A stretch of 21,312 nt of DNA from UHGV virus genome UHGV-1468037; one strand, written 5' to 3'. This document shows positions 1 through 8,049 of the stretch, in pieces. How positions within the stretch are numbered: position 1 is the stretch's first letter; each line of letters opens with the position of its first letter. The stretch is from a virus. The notes below the pieces were generated by a model. The model was not told where the DNA came from. It did no database searches and was given only the letters and a program-made list of their open reading frames with translations. The position numbers and the translations under genes were made by a program.

Positions 1-82
1 CTTTATACGCAATACATTTACTTTCCTCTTTTGATGATCTTAAATGTCTTATTTTTCGTAATGTGTATAACAAGGAATAGTG

Positions 83-598
83 ATGAAATTAAAAAAATGT
101 CTTCTGCCTGTGGCAATGTTAGCGTCATTTACTCTGGCAGGATGCCAGTCAAATGCTGATGATCATGCCGCCGATGTTTATCAAACCGATCAACTGAATA
201 CCAAACAAGAAACTAAAACCGTTAATATTATTTCCATTCTTCCCGCAAAAGTTGCCGTAGACAACGCCCAAAATAAACGGAACGCACAAGCCTTCGGCGC
301 GCTTATTGGCGCTGTCGCTGGCGGTGTTATCGGCCACAACGTCGGGTCTGGCAGCAATTCCGGAACGACAGCAGGTGCAGTTGGCGGCGGAGCTGTTGGC
401 GCAGCAGCGGGTTCTATGGTGAATGATAAAACCTTAGTGGAAGGTGTTTCTTTAACATATAAGGAAGGCACCAAAGTGTATACCTCCACCCAGGTGGGTA
501 AAGAGTGCCAGTTTACGACAGGTTTAGCCGTTGTTATTACCACGACGTATAACGAAACGCGTATTCAGCCAAATACCAAATGTCCTGAAAAGAGCTAA
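83..598 (+). CDS. yfgH: Outer-membrane lipoprotein with glycine-zipper domain (YfgH-like)
   Basis: ORF 80..598; I place the start at ATG 83 (AAGGA 5 nt upstream) rather than the GTG at 80. Signal peptide ends in lipobox LAGC. Gly/Ala-rich glycine-zipper segment GALIGAVAGGVIGHNVGSG. Length (172 aa) and tandem position with a 179 aa neighbour match E. coli yfgH-yfgI from memory; symbol is tentative. Confidence 0.7.
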   Translation: MKLKKCLLPVAMLASFTLAGCQSNADDHAADVYQTDQLNTKQETKTVNIISILPAKVAVDNAQNKRNAQAFGALIGAVAGGVIGHNVGSGSNSGTTAGAVGGGAVGAAAGSMVNDKTLVEGVSLTYKEGTKVYTSTQVGKECQFTTGLAVVITTTYNETRIQPNTKCPEKS

Positions 599-613
599 TA
601 ATCAGGAGGAGTC

Positions 614-1153
614 ATGAAGAAAGTTTTTCTTTGCGCCATCTTAGCCTCCTTAAGCTATCCGGCTATCGCCTCATCATTGCAGGATCAACTCTCGGCTGTC
701 GCAGAAGCGGAACAGCAAGGTAAAAATGAAGAGCAAAGGCAGCATGACGAATGGGTCGCGGAGCGCAACAGGGAAATCCAGCAAGAGAAGCAACGTCGCG
801 CAAACGCCCAGGCCGCGGCTAATAAAAGAGCGGCAACGGCAGCAGCGAATAAGAAAGCTCGTCAGGATAAACTGGACGCCGAAGCCACTGCGGACAAAAA
901 ACGCGATCAAAGTTATGAAGATGAGCTACGTAGCTTAGAGATTCAGAAGCAAAAACTGGCGCTGGCGAAAGAAGAAGCCCGCGTTAAGCGCGAAAACGAA
1001 TTTATCGATCAGGAACTGAAGCACAAAGCTGCGCAAACCGATGTGGTGCAATCTGAAGCTGACGCAAACAGAAATATGACTGAAGGCGGTCGCGATCTGA
1101 TGAAAAGCGTGGGTAAAGCAGAAGAGAACAAATCGGACAGCTGGTTTAACTAA
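614..1153 (+). CDS. yfgI: Secreted/periplasmic charged coiled-coil protein (YfgI-like)
   Basis: Strong RBS AGGAGG 5 nt upstream of the ATG. N-terminal signal peptide MKKVFLCAILASLSYPAIASS. Highly charged K/E/R/Q/A-rich body. 179 aa, immediately downstream of the yfgH-like gene; symbol is tentative. Confidence 0.65.
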   Translation: MKKVFLCAILASLSYPAIASSLQDQLSAVAEAEQQGKNEEQRQHDEWVAERNREIQQEKQRRANAQAAANKRAATAAANKKARQDKLDAEATADKKRDQSYEDELRSLEIQKQKLALAKEEARVKRENEFIDQELKHKAAQTDVVQSEADANRNMTEGGRDLMKSVGKAEENKSDSWFN

Positions 1154-1197
1154 GCGATGTCAGTAACTTCAAGCCTATGATTCGTGAGTATAAAAAA

Positions 1198-1224
1198 CCC
1201 TCTGTAGTAACAGAGGGTTTTGTT
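1198..1224 (+). terminator. Rho-independent terminator downstream of the yfgI-like gene
   Basis: Stem CCCTCTG / CAGAGGG with a 6-nt loop, followed by TTTTGTT. An A-run precedes it, so it could act in both directions. Confidence 0.7.
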
Positions 1225-1253
1225 CATTCATAGTACAGGGTTCAAATCATTCC

Positions 1254-1290
1254 CACTCAATTATTTACGACAATCATAACCAATTGAGTG
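1254..1290. repeat. Inverted repeat in the host/prophage junction region
   Basis: 9-bp arms CACTCAATT (1254-1262) and AATTGAGTG (1282-1290) separated by 19 bp, in the non-coding gap between the yfgI terminator and the Rz stop. Possible att-associated or recombinase-binding element; function unknown. Confidence 0.3.
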
Positions 1291-1371
1291 ATAACATTTT
1301 TCCAAAACTTCATTTTTCTAGTACCGTTTTATATACCGTCACCGGAAATCAGTACCATGAAAAATGCCATG

Positions 1372-1854
1372 CTATCTGGTCAGGGTGTCGTATTGTTTTT
1401 CGCAGACTCTTCCGGCTTCGGCTGCCCGGTCAGCATACTCTGCCAGTTGTCTGTTTCTCTCGAGAGATTTGCTGAGCACGTCGGCAAGCAAAACTCCGGT
1501 GTCTGCGGCTGACGTCCCAGCGCCGACAATGGCGTTATACTGCCTGAGCTGCTCACGGATGGCAAAGAGTTGTTGCTGCAACCGGCCAGCGCGAGCGGCA
1601 GCATCAAGAGAATCATTGCGCGCCTGGTCGATCCTCTGCTGCGCTTCACGTTCATTGATCGATTTCTCCTGTTCGTAGTGCTGACGAACTATCTCATCTT
1701 CAGCTTTGCGGTCTTCCTTCGCCTGCGCATACCCGGCATCGTACTGACGACTGCCGTGTGCATTCCAGGCTACAACTCCTGATATGACCAGAACAGCAAG
1801 CATCGCCATGATAACCAACTGTTTCCAGTATGCTTTTGCGAATGCCCAGATCAT
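1372..1854 (-). CDS. Rz-like inner-membrane spanin (i-spanin)
   Basis: 160 aa. N-terminal TM helix followed by a long charged coiled-coil region. Start overlaps the endolysin stop (ATGA). Contains a second embedded lipoprotein ORF in another frame. Confidence 0.8.
   Translation of the reverse strand: MIWAFAKAYWKQLVIMAMLAVLVISGVVAWNAHGSRQYDAGYAQAKEDRKAEDEIVRQHYEQEKSINEREAQQRIDQARNDSLDAAARAGRLQQQLFAIREQLRQYNAIVGAGTSAADTGVLLADVLSKSLERNRQLAEYADRAAEAGRVCEKQYDTLTR
1380..1655 (-). CDS. Rz1-like outer-membrane lipoprotein spanin (o-spanin), embedded in Rz
   Basis: ORF fully inside Rz in a different frame. Lipobox LAGC after a basic/hydrophobic signal. Pro/Ser-rich mature part. True start may be the internal Met at 1616. 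Confidence 0.65.
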   Translation of the reverse strand: MNVKRSRGSTRRAMILLMLPLALAGCSNNSLPSVSSSGSITPLSALGRQPQTPEFCLPTCSANLSRETDNWQSMLTGQPKPEESAKNNTTP

Positions 1855-2480
1855 ACCGCCAGCACCTTACTGGCAGTGATGTATCGCGCGCGCCGGTCAT
1901 CAATGCCGTTCCGGCCACCATTGATAAGCAGAGTTACACGTGCAATATCTCCGGTATACTTCATGCAACCTTTGCTGGAGAAGAACCACGCCGCGCTACG
2001 AGCCGCGTATTCGTCCTGCGCCAACAGTTCAGGATTCTCCAGCAGGTCAACTTTCAGACCGTTTCCACAGTCACGATAGTTATTCAAACCGGTAATCTGG
2101 ATAAGCCCGCGCCCACGGTAATTCCAGCCATCACCAGGGGCATTGTTCCCCATGCGTTTGCTGTACACCAGATTTGCGATCGCGCGCTGGCGCTCGAGTG
2201 GCAATGGTGGTTCACCAGCACGGCGACCAAGTGCATTAGCCTGCCCCTGAGTGAGACGCCCAGCCCGAACGAAGTTAGCCAATCCGGTTACGCTGTAGTT
2301 GAAATTTTCCTGCAACCGGGTGAAGCCTCCAGACTCATGCCCGACCTGAGCAATAAACATTGCCTGATCTTCTGGTTTGCTGATACCAAACTCTTTCATC
2401 GCAGAAGTTATATGCGAGAACCAGCGAGCGGCCAGTTCCTCGCTGATACCAGCAGCTCGCTGGAATTGTTTAATCTCCAT
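1851..2480 (-). CDS. Endolysin, glycoside hydrolase family 19 (chitinase class I-like)
   Basis: 209 aa. Motifs typical of GH19 phage endolysins ([36 protein letters not shown]). Flanked by membrane-protein genes and Rz/Rz1. Confidence 0.8.
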   Translation of the reverse strand: MEIKQFQRAAGISEELAARWFSHITSAMKEFGISKPEDQAMFIAQVGHESGGFTRLQENFNYSVTGLANFVRAGRLTQGQANALGRRAGEPPLPLERQRAIANLVYSKRMGNNAPGDGWNYRGRGLIQITGLNNYRDCGNGLKVDLLENPELLAQDEYAARSAAWFFSSKGCMKYTGDIARVTLLINGGRNGIDDRRARYITASKVLAV

Positions 2481-2778
2481 GTTTAGACCTCGTTATTTTG
2501 AAAATCTGAACTACGTTACCGCGCGTTTTAATGACTGCAGCAAGCATGACAGCGTTGATAATGACCTCAGATAAATCCACAACCATTGGCGTGCGTAACC
2601 AGATTGCATAAGCGACACGAACTGGAATGCTGGCCGCAGCAACAATCAGGAAATAAGCAAGCCACCCACCCCATCGCCTGTGTTGAGAACCGTTTCTCCG
2701 AAATGTGGCAACTCGAACTGCTATACCGGCGCAAATAACCGCATTGGTGATAAGCAAAAAAAGCTCATGAGTTACCAT
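2470..2778 (-). CDS. Small membrane protein of lysis cassette (holin or antiholin candidate)
   Basis: 102 aa with 2-3 hydrophobic helices. Overlaps the endolysin start and the upstream membrane-protein gene. Confidence 0.55.
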   Translation of the reverse strand: MVTHELFLLITNAVICAGIAVRVATFRRNGSQHRRWGGWLAYFLIVAAASIPVRVAYAIWLRTPMVVDLSEVIINAVMLAAVIKTRGNVVQIFKITRSKHGD

Positions 2779-3178
2779 CGTCTTTTCTCCCCGGAATTAA
2801 CTCGCGTGGATTATCGGAACGGTGATAGAGCCAGATCCCAATTCGCACAGCGACGATTGCTGACACAAATGCACCGGCAGAGAAAACAATCCCTTTCTCG
2901 AAAGAATCCTGTGTGATTGTAGGGATCAGGCTGGCTATGCCGATAAGAATTGATGCTGCTGGTTTGTAGAATAGAAGTCCGCAGAGAAAGCTAAGCATCG
3001 ACAAGAGCACGCGACGACGAATGGGATACTCTACCGCAGAGGTAACAAAAATCACCGCCCCAGCCAAAGACCCCAAAGCAACCTCAGGAGGAACTCCTGC
3101 TATCACTGCCGCCAAAGAACTCATGCTAAGCCACTGATTTAAAGTTTCACTGGTTAGTTGAGCTGACATGTTTTCCAC
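2765..3178 (-). CDS. Multi-TM membrane protein of lysis cassette (holin candidate)
   Basis: 137 aa with about 4 predicted TM segments. First gene of the lysis cluster, downstream of an AT-rich intergenic region. Confidence 0.55.
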   Translation of the reverse strand: MENMSAQLTSETLNQWLSMSSLAAVIAGVPPEVALGSLAGAVIFVTSAVEYPIRRRVLLSMLSFLCGLLFYKPAASILIGIASLIPTITQDSFEKGIVFSAGAFVSAIVAVRIGIWLYHRSDNPRELIPGRKDDGNS

Positions 3179-3535
3179 CGTTTATATGCATAACTACCTC
3201 CTGAACAGTAAAGCATTACGCATGATAAACCATTTATGGTTTTTTGTTACCCAATATTACCAATCCAATTCGCGATGGTCAAAACATATCCACAGCGGTA
3301 AGTTTGAGTGTTTTCATTTCCAAAACTTTATACAATAATATATGCAGTCTGTTATTTTTACGCACAATAAAAACACGATACCAGCTATTTCGCCATAAAT
3401 ACAATTTCCTTTAATGCTGCCAACAGTGCCTGCAAAACATATAACAGAACACATAAATAACAGGCATAATATAGATTTAATAATCTAAGTGCATATAAAT
3501 ATCATTTAAGAAGTTAAGAGCATTATTATAATAAC

Positions 3536-3565
3536 AATAACCCCGCTGTTTTATTCGGGGTTATT
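3536..3565. terminator. Bidirectional terminator hairpin downstream of the tail fiber gene
   Basis: 10-bp stem AATAACCCCG / CGGGGTTATT with a 10-nt loop, flanked by T-rich sequence on both strands; 10 bp past the tail fiber stop. Confidence 0.6.
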
Positions 3566-3575
3566 GCATTTATTA

Positions 3576-6551
3576 TTACATTGACATTAATATAAACATG
3601 GCTAATTCGTCATAACGAATTCCGTAGCGTCCTCCTGCTTTTTTTACAAGAATCATATCTCCTGTTTTATATTGAGAATAAATTTTCTCACCTGTATCAG
3701 GATCTGTGCTCTCTTCAGTTATCACCTCTTCATCCCATACGTCAGGCCATTCATCGTAACACCAAAAAGCATATTGCTCAGGGTTTAAACCATGCTTTCT
3801 AAGAATATCCCCTACGGTTTGAGCGCCAACGCCAAAATGATACCTGGACGACTCAATTCCTTTGTGATTAATTGAGTCATTAAATTTAAATTTATAGATG
3901 ACTGACTTTATTTCAATAGCGGCATTACGCTCTGCATTAAGAATATCATATCTTGTTTTAAGAGTTTCATCTGACGTATTGATTGACCCGGTTCCTGCAT
4001 AGATAACAGAGCATCTGTTTGATGGCTGTCCAATAGCTTTAACATTATCATCAACAGGAGCTATTTTATTAGCATCTGCCAACCACCAGTCTGTTCCATC
4101 AGCGTGACCGATTCTTACTCTTATCCCACTTCTAATATTTAAACTTCCAGTATTGCTCTGTAAATTACAATCTCCTGACGTTGGTCCAAGCAGTACAGTT
4201 TTACCAACACCACATACTACTCTGGCATTTCCTTTTTGTGATACGAGTCTTGACTCACCTCCTGACTGCTCAGGAAGAGATTTATGGTCTATAAATGCAT
4301 CGCGGGGGTTAAATACACCGTCTCCAGAATTATATCTTCCTCCTGTATAGTTGTTAAATACAGGACCCCAGTCAACGCCATTGCCTTCAGAGCACCCGAC
4401 CATTCTAAGCACTCGAGTATTCCCTGCTGCATATGGTAATGAGCTTGTTGATTGCCGGGAAGCTATCATACGTGCTCCATAACCAATAGCATTACCACCA
4501 TTTATAGTTACATATGCTTGCTGGCTTTCGAAATATGTACTGTAAAAGTTCATATTTCCACAGTCATGCAGATGAATAAGAACATCATCCCATCCCTGAA
4601 TGGTTCCCGCATGTACCTGTACACCGCGAACTGGTTCCCCTGAAACCTCCATACACTCTGATGGCCGGCTGAATGGCTGAGACAGGTATTGCGATGTGGC
4701 AAGCAGATGTGTGTGGTGATACAGGCTGGTAATGTAGCAATCGAAAAATTGCGTTCCCGCCATACCAAAGTTATCTATGTCATTTCGCCGTATAGTAGAA
4801 CCTACTGTTGCCTCAGAAGCGTTAGACACTCCAGTAAATACTAACTTATCACCGGATACGGATAATCCTGAATAAGTGAAATTCCTGCCTCCAGATCTTA
4901 AAACCCCGGACGTTTCGAAGGTGTGGCTTGCTGACCATGGGATTTCGATAGTGCTGGACGTTACCGCTGTAATTCGGAATACATCATGGGCGCGGATCGA
5001 AATACCCTTGAATCCCTGGAATCTACAGTGATAATAGTTTTCATCCTCGCCCTGAGCGGCCAGCGTGCCAGATACAGGAATGTTCGTTTTTAAAAGTGCC
5101 GTCTTGCGCCAGTATCCAACCACCTGCAAATTGCGGTATTCATTGCCAAAAGACGCACGTGACCAAATACCTACATCCCACTCATCGCCAAGACCGGTAT
5201 TTGCAATGTCTTTATAACCATCCAGCCCATTGAAATATGGAACAACACGAAAGTTCTCAAGGCGAACACATCCTGTCTCAGGCATCAATATTGCGGCAGA
5301 GAATGGTTTAAGCGTGGCTCTTGTAGTCCCATTAGCATCACCGTTAGTAAAATCCAATAAATCATATGATGACGCAGGTGCCGTTGTTGTATACGGGTCT
5401 TCGGAAGATGGATTAGAAACCACACCACCACTAACATCCATATTAGAAACACAATCTACAGTATATTTTTTATTTCCTACCCCGTACATCAGGAATGTGG
5501 TCCCTGTGGTAATATCAGGAGCAAATGTTGCAGTATATCCAGAGACCCATTTGCCCACACCAAGACCAATTATCCCACCACCAGAAACAGGTGTTAACGT
5601 ATCCGTTATTACATACGCATTATCAGTACCATAAATAACCTTTCCTGTGTTAATGGCAGCTTGCCACGCGGCCCAGTCTATTGACTGAGATAATGAGTCA
5701 ACAAAAGGATATAAGGATTTTGCTTCAGAAATTGAAGAAAACCTCTCAGATAATGGATGATATTTCCCATCCCCAATTGCTCCGAATTGTTTTACATTTA
5801 AGAAAAGAGCATTGTTTTCATGCTGAGTTATAGTTACAGCCCAGGCAAATGGCTGCCTTACACCAATTAATGCATCACCTTTTCCTTCTCCTGCGCTAGA
5901 TAATTGCAGAAGAACATCTGCGGCACTGCCAGAAGGCACAGGTACACCTATAGGTTTACCATTGACGATACCAATGACAGTTTCTTCCAGTAAATGAACT
6001 GGAGGAAGTGGTTCAATAAAATTATCTGGAACCCGTAATGTCCTGTTAATATTCACATTAACAATATTATCAACATAATTCTTTGTAGCTGCATCTTGAG
6101 GCTTGGAAGGATCGCGCAAATTGCGGATGTAATTATTCAAAGCATCGTAATAGTTTGCCACAAATGATGGTTTGCGCAGCGCCAGGCTAAACCAACTGCG
6201 GACTTGCTGTATCAGCATCGTCAGCTTATCTAACGCGTCTTCATGCACCTCAGCGAAAAACTTTCCCTGATTTCGCAGATCAGTTTCCTGCGTAACCGGT
6301 AGCTCTCGTGATATAGAAATCTGATAACCGTTAGCTAACGCCTTCGACAGAATTACATTACCGCCATTATATCCACCAGCCCCAGTGACAGTGTAATCAG
6401 TATCAAGAGCCAGCACAGCGATATTTTCGTCAAGGTCAACCACCTGTACTGCCAGATCAGATTCCTTGAAAACCCTAAAGGTATACGGAAATGATGTCGT
6501 AACGCCGTTACCTGTGTATTCGTTGTGGTCAACTTCGGTTGAGACCGTCAT
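3576..6551 (-). CDS. Tail fiber/tailspike with conserved N-terminal virion-attachment domain, central probable glycanase region, and C-terminal intramolecular chaperone (peptidase S74-like) domain
   Basis: 991 aa. N-terminus (TGNGVTTSFPYTFRVFKESDLAVQV...EVHEDALDKLT) resembles the conserved N-terminal domain of podovirus tail fibers/tailspikes. C-terminus (IYKFKFND...HFGVGAQTVGDIL...GGRYGIRYDEL) resembles the self-cleaving chaperone domain. GGAG RBS 8 nt upstream of the start. Confidence 0.75.
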   Translation of the reverse strand: MTVSTEVDHNEYTGNGVTTSFPYTFRVFKESDLAVQVVDLDENIAVLALDTDYTVTGAGGYNGGNVILSKALANGYQISISRELPVTQETDLRNQGKFFAEVHEDALDKLTMLIQQVRSWFSLALRKPSFVANYYDALNNYIRNLRDPSKPQDAATKNYVDNIVNVNINRTLRVPDNFIEPLPPVHLLEETVIGIVNGKPIGVPVPSGSAADVLLQLSSAGEGKGDALIGVRQPFAWAVTITQHENNALFLNVKQFGAIGDGKYHPLSERFSSISEAKSLYPFVDSLSQSIDWAAWQAAINTGKVIYGTDNAYVITDTLTPVSGGGIIGLGVGKWVSGYTATFAPDITTGTTFLMYGVGNKKYTVDCVSNMDVSGGVVSNPSSEDPYTTTAPASSYDLLDFTNGDANGTTRATLKPFSAAILMPETGCVRLENFRVVPYFNGLDGYKDIANTGLGDEWDVGIWSRASFGNEYRNLQVVGYWRKTALLKTNIPVSGTLAAQGEDENYYHCRFQGFKGISIRAHDVFRITAVTSSTIEIPWSASHTFETSGVLRSGGRNFTYSGLSVSGDKLVFTGVSNASEATVGSTIRRNDIDNFGMAGTQFFDCYITSLYHHTHLLATSQYLSQPFSRPSECMEVSGEPVRGVQVHAGTIQGWDDVLIHLHDCGNMNFYSTYFESQQAYVTINGGNAIGYGARMIASRQSTSSLPYAAGNTRVLRMVGCSEGNGVDWGPVFNNYTGGRYNSGDGVFNPRDAFIDHKSLPEQSGGESRLVSQKGNARVVCGVGKTVLLGPTSGDCNLQSNTGSLNIRSGIRVRIGHADGTDWWLADANKIAPVDDNVKAIGQPSNRCSVIYAGTGSINTSDETLKTRYDILNAERNAAIEIKSVIYKFKFNDSINHKGIESSRYHFGVGAQTVGDILRKHGLNPEQYAFWCYDEWPDVWDEEVITEESTDPDTGEKIYSQYKTGDMILVKKAGGRYGIRYDELAMFILMSM

Positions 6552-6654
6552 GTTAAATCTCCAGATAGTCGCAGCACCCGTTGCGCCGCATATCCGGTTA
6601 TTCTATTACCTGAAAAACCACATATGGATAGAAATACTGTGAATATGAATAGAT

Positions 6655-6671
6655 ATTACCTTTCGGGTAAT
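6655..6671. promoter_or_regulatory. Dyad motif copy 1 (ATTACC TTTCG GGTAAT)
   Basis: Perfect inverted half-sites TTACC/GGTAA with 5-bp spacer; one of four copies in the island; 76 bp upstream of the 85 aa gene. Confidence 0.5.
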
Positions 6672-6707
6672 TTGCAAAACGTGCTGGATAGCAAACAAAT
6701 TATTTGC

Positions 6708-6727
6708 TACTGTATAAATATACAGTT
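6708..6727. promoter_or_regulatory. LexA box (SOS operator)
   Basis: TACTGTATAAATATACAGTT: perfect CTGT-N8-ACAG with an AT-only spacer; about 20 bp upstream of the 85 aa gene start codon (6747). Confidence 0.75.
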
Positions 6728-6746
6728 ATTGCATGGAGAAGATAAG

Positions 6747-7004
6747 ATGCAGCAGTATCACTATCCACTGGAAGACGGATTTACCGAAAGGATTCACACG
6801 CCGGGAGGCGTCAGGTCACTGGTGGAGGGATCGCACTTGATGAAATTACTCCGGGATCTCGATAAGGATGGATTTAATGTCGATGGCCCACTTGCCGAAC
6901 TGACTGCACTGATTAACTACGTCACCAGCTCACAGATGTCTATGCGGGATCTGCAAACACATCTCGACTATTGTGCCGAACAATTACGAAAACAAACCCG
7001 GTAA
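6747..7004 (+). CDS. Small antirepressor-like protein; standalone paralog of the C-terminal domain of the downstream Ant-like protein
   Basis: 85 aa from ATG 6747 (GGAGA RBS). The upstream part of ORF 6624..7004 is rejected because it contains the LexA box and dyad site. Aligns by eye with the Ant-like C-terminus (LM.LL..L..DG..V.G..AELT ... RD.QTH..Y). Confidence 0.65.
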   Translation: MQQYHYPLEDGFTERIHTPGGVRSLVEGSHLMKLLRDLDKDGFNVDGPLAELTALINYVTSSQMSMRDLQTHLDYCAEQLRKQTR

Positions 7005-7010
7005 ATTTAA

Positions 7011-7028
7011 AGGCCGCAAGAGCGGCCT
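7011..7028. terminator. Bidirectional terminator between convergent genes
   Basis: Stem AGGCCGC / GCGGCCT with loop AAGA, T-rich on the plus side and A-rich before. Overlaps the stop codon of the minus-strand 242 aa gene. Confidence 0.55.
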
Positions 7029-7755
7029 ATCGTTTCGCTTTGTGCTCATCCCAGCACGTTTTGCACCATGCCATTAAGCCGTCCGCATTTTGATTATTAG
7101 GGTAAAAGCTGGTTCGTTTTCTGCGGACATTACAAATTGGGCACCACTTCATATGGCGTGTATTCTTTGGGCCATCGAGACACCTTGCACACCATTTAGT
7201 CAATCCATCTGGATTTTTTGACGATTTCCTGAATTTTTCATATGGAAGGTTTATTCTGCATCGCAAGCACTGCTTGCTACCACTTGAAACTCTGTTAGCT
7301 GATTCTTCTTTTGGCAGCGATACAGAAGGTATTCTTGCTGGCTCTGATATTGCCTGAGGTGCTTTTTTAGATGACTGAGACGATATGTCATCACCAGGGA
7401 ATCTTCCATGATATGCCGGACGCGTTGACACTCCAGGTGGAATCTCAGCTGTAAACGGCTTTGGCTGAATCAGTTGCCTCTCTTTTGCTAACTCCTGCTG
7501 TTTATAATATGTCTGGATTACCGCACTATCATAAGCAGGAGGTGCGGAAATATTAGGCGCATTACCTCCAGTTTTTTGAAACTGAGTAGAGGTGTGTTCT
7601 ATCACCTGTGTACGATTAATCGTTATCTCCCCATCTTCGGTCTTTATCGTTTTGTTATGATTAACGACCGTACGATCAGAGATCTTAGTCTTGTTCTGGT
7701 TGATAACGTAAATAATCACCGCAACCACACCAACAACTATCCAGAAAACTTCCAT
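7027..7755 (-). CDS. Membrane-anchored protein with two C-terminal zinc-ribbon (CxxC-N19/20-WCxxC) motifs; function unknown
   Basis: 242 aa. N-terminal TM helix (VFWIVVGVVAVIIYVI) followed by basic residues. Low-complexity linker. Two repeats: CLRC...WCARC and CPIC...WCKTC, in a basic context. GAGGA RBS. Divergent from the ant-like gene. Confidence 0.7.
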   Translation of the reverse strand: MEVFWIVVGVVAVIIYVINQNKTKISDRTVVNHNKTIKTEDGEITINRTQVIEHTSTQFQKTGGNAPNISAPPAYDSAVIQTYYKQQELAKERQLIQPKPFTAEIPPGVSTRPAYHGRFPGDDISSQSSKKAPQAISEPARIPSVSLPKEESANRVSSGSKQCLRCRINLPYEKFRKSSKNPDGLTKWCARCLDGPKNTRHMKWCPICNVRRKRTSFYPNNQNADGLMAWCKTCWDEHKAKR

Positions 7756-7774
7756 TGCTTTTCCTCACAATAAC

Positions 7775-7791
7775 ATTACCTTAAAGGTAAT
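7775..7791. promoter_or_regulatory. Dyad motif copy 2 (ATTACC TTAAA GGTAAT)
   Basis: Perfect 17-bp palindrome in the 5' UTR of the 242 aa gene, about 20 nt from its start codon, and at the far end of the ant-like leader. Confidence 0.5.
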
Positions 7792-7867
7792 ATCTTGCTT
7801 TCAGGTGATCAAGCGTTAAACGCAATCAACCAAATACGGTTGATTTTAATGTTTCTTCGCGCTTATC

Positions 7868-7884
7868 ATTACCTTTACGGTAAA
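7868..7884. promoter_or_regulatory. Dyad motif copy 3 (ATTACC TTTAC GGTAAA)
   Basis: Same TTACC-N5-GGTAA architecture, in the divergent intergenic region between the 242 aa gene and the ant-like gene. Confidence 0.45.
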
Positions 7885-7918
7885 TTTACATTGCACTCCT
7901 CTTGTGCCATAGTAATCG

Positions 7919-8049
7919 GGCACTGGCAAAATCCAGTGCCGGGATTGGCGTCCCGGATTACTACAGAGGCACATATGCCGCATAAGCGGTTTTTTTATGT
8001 GTAAAGCGCACCTATTCTATGGTGGGCTGTGTGGGGGCACCGAAAGGTG
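7919..8049 (+). promoter_or_regulatory. Structured leader upstream of ant-like gene (multiple hairpins including a terminator-like hairpin plus T7 run)
   Basis: Hairpins GGCACTGG/CCAGTGCC (7919-7940) and CCGGGA/TCCCGG (7939-7956) overlap and are mutually exclusive. CCGC-ATAA-GCGG followed by TTTTTTT (7978-7996). GCACC-GAAA-GGTGC (8037-8049). Confidence 0.4.

Noticed and set aside
190-543. 117 aa minus-strand ORF
   Set aside because: Antisense to the lipoprotein gene; its Pro/Ala-rich low-complexity translation is typical of the reverse frame of a Gly/Ala-rich gene.
1830-2486. 218 aa plus-strand ORF
   Set aside because: Lies entirely antisense to the endolysin gene, which has clear GH19 motifs and operon context; no RBS or signal of its own.
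3179-3575. Possible phage-RNAP-type (T7-like) promoter in the AT-rich region upstream of the lysis cassette
   Set aside because: No ~20-bp conserved promoter-like sequence is repeated upstream of other transcription units in the window. The region is just AT-rich, and host sigma70-type late promoters are equally plausible.
5230-5634. 134 aa plus-strand ORF
   Set aside because: Antisense to the tail fiber gene, no RBS, no supporting context.
6624-6746. Upstream extension of the 85 aa gene (ORF start at 6624)
   Set aside because: The extension would encode across the LexA box and dyad copy 1; the internal ATG 6747 has a proper RBS.
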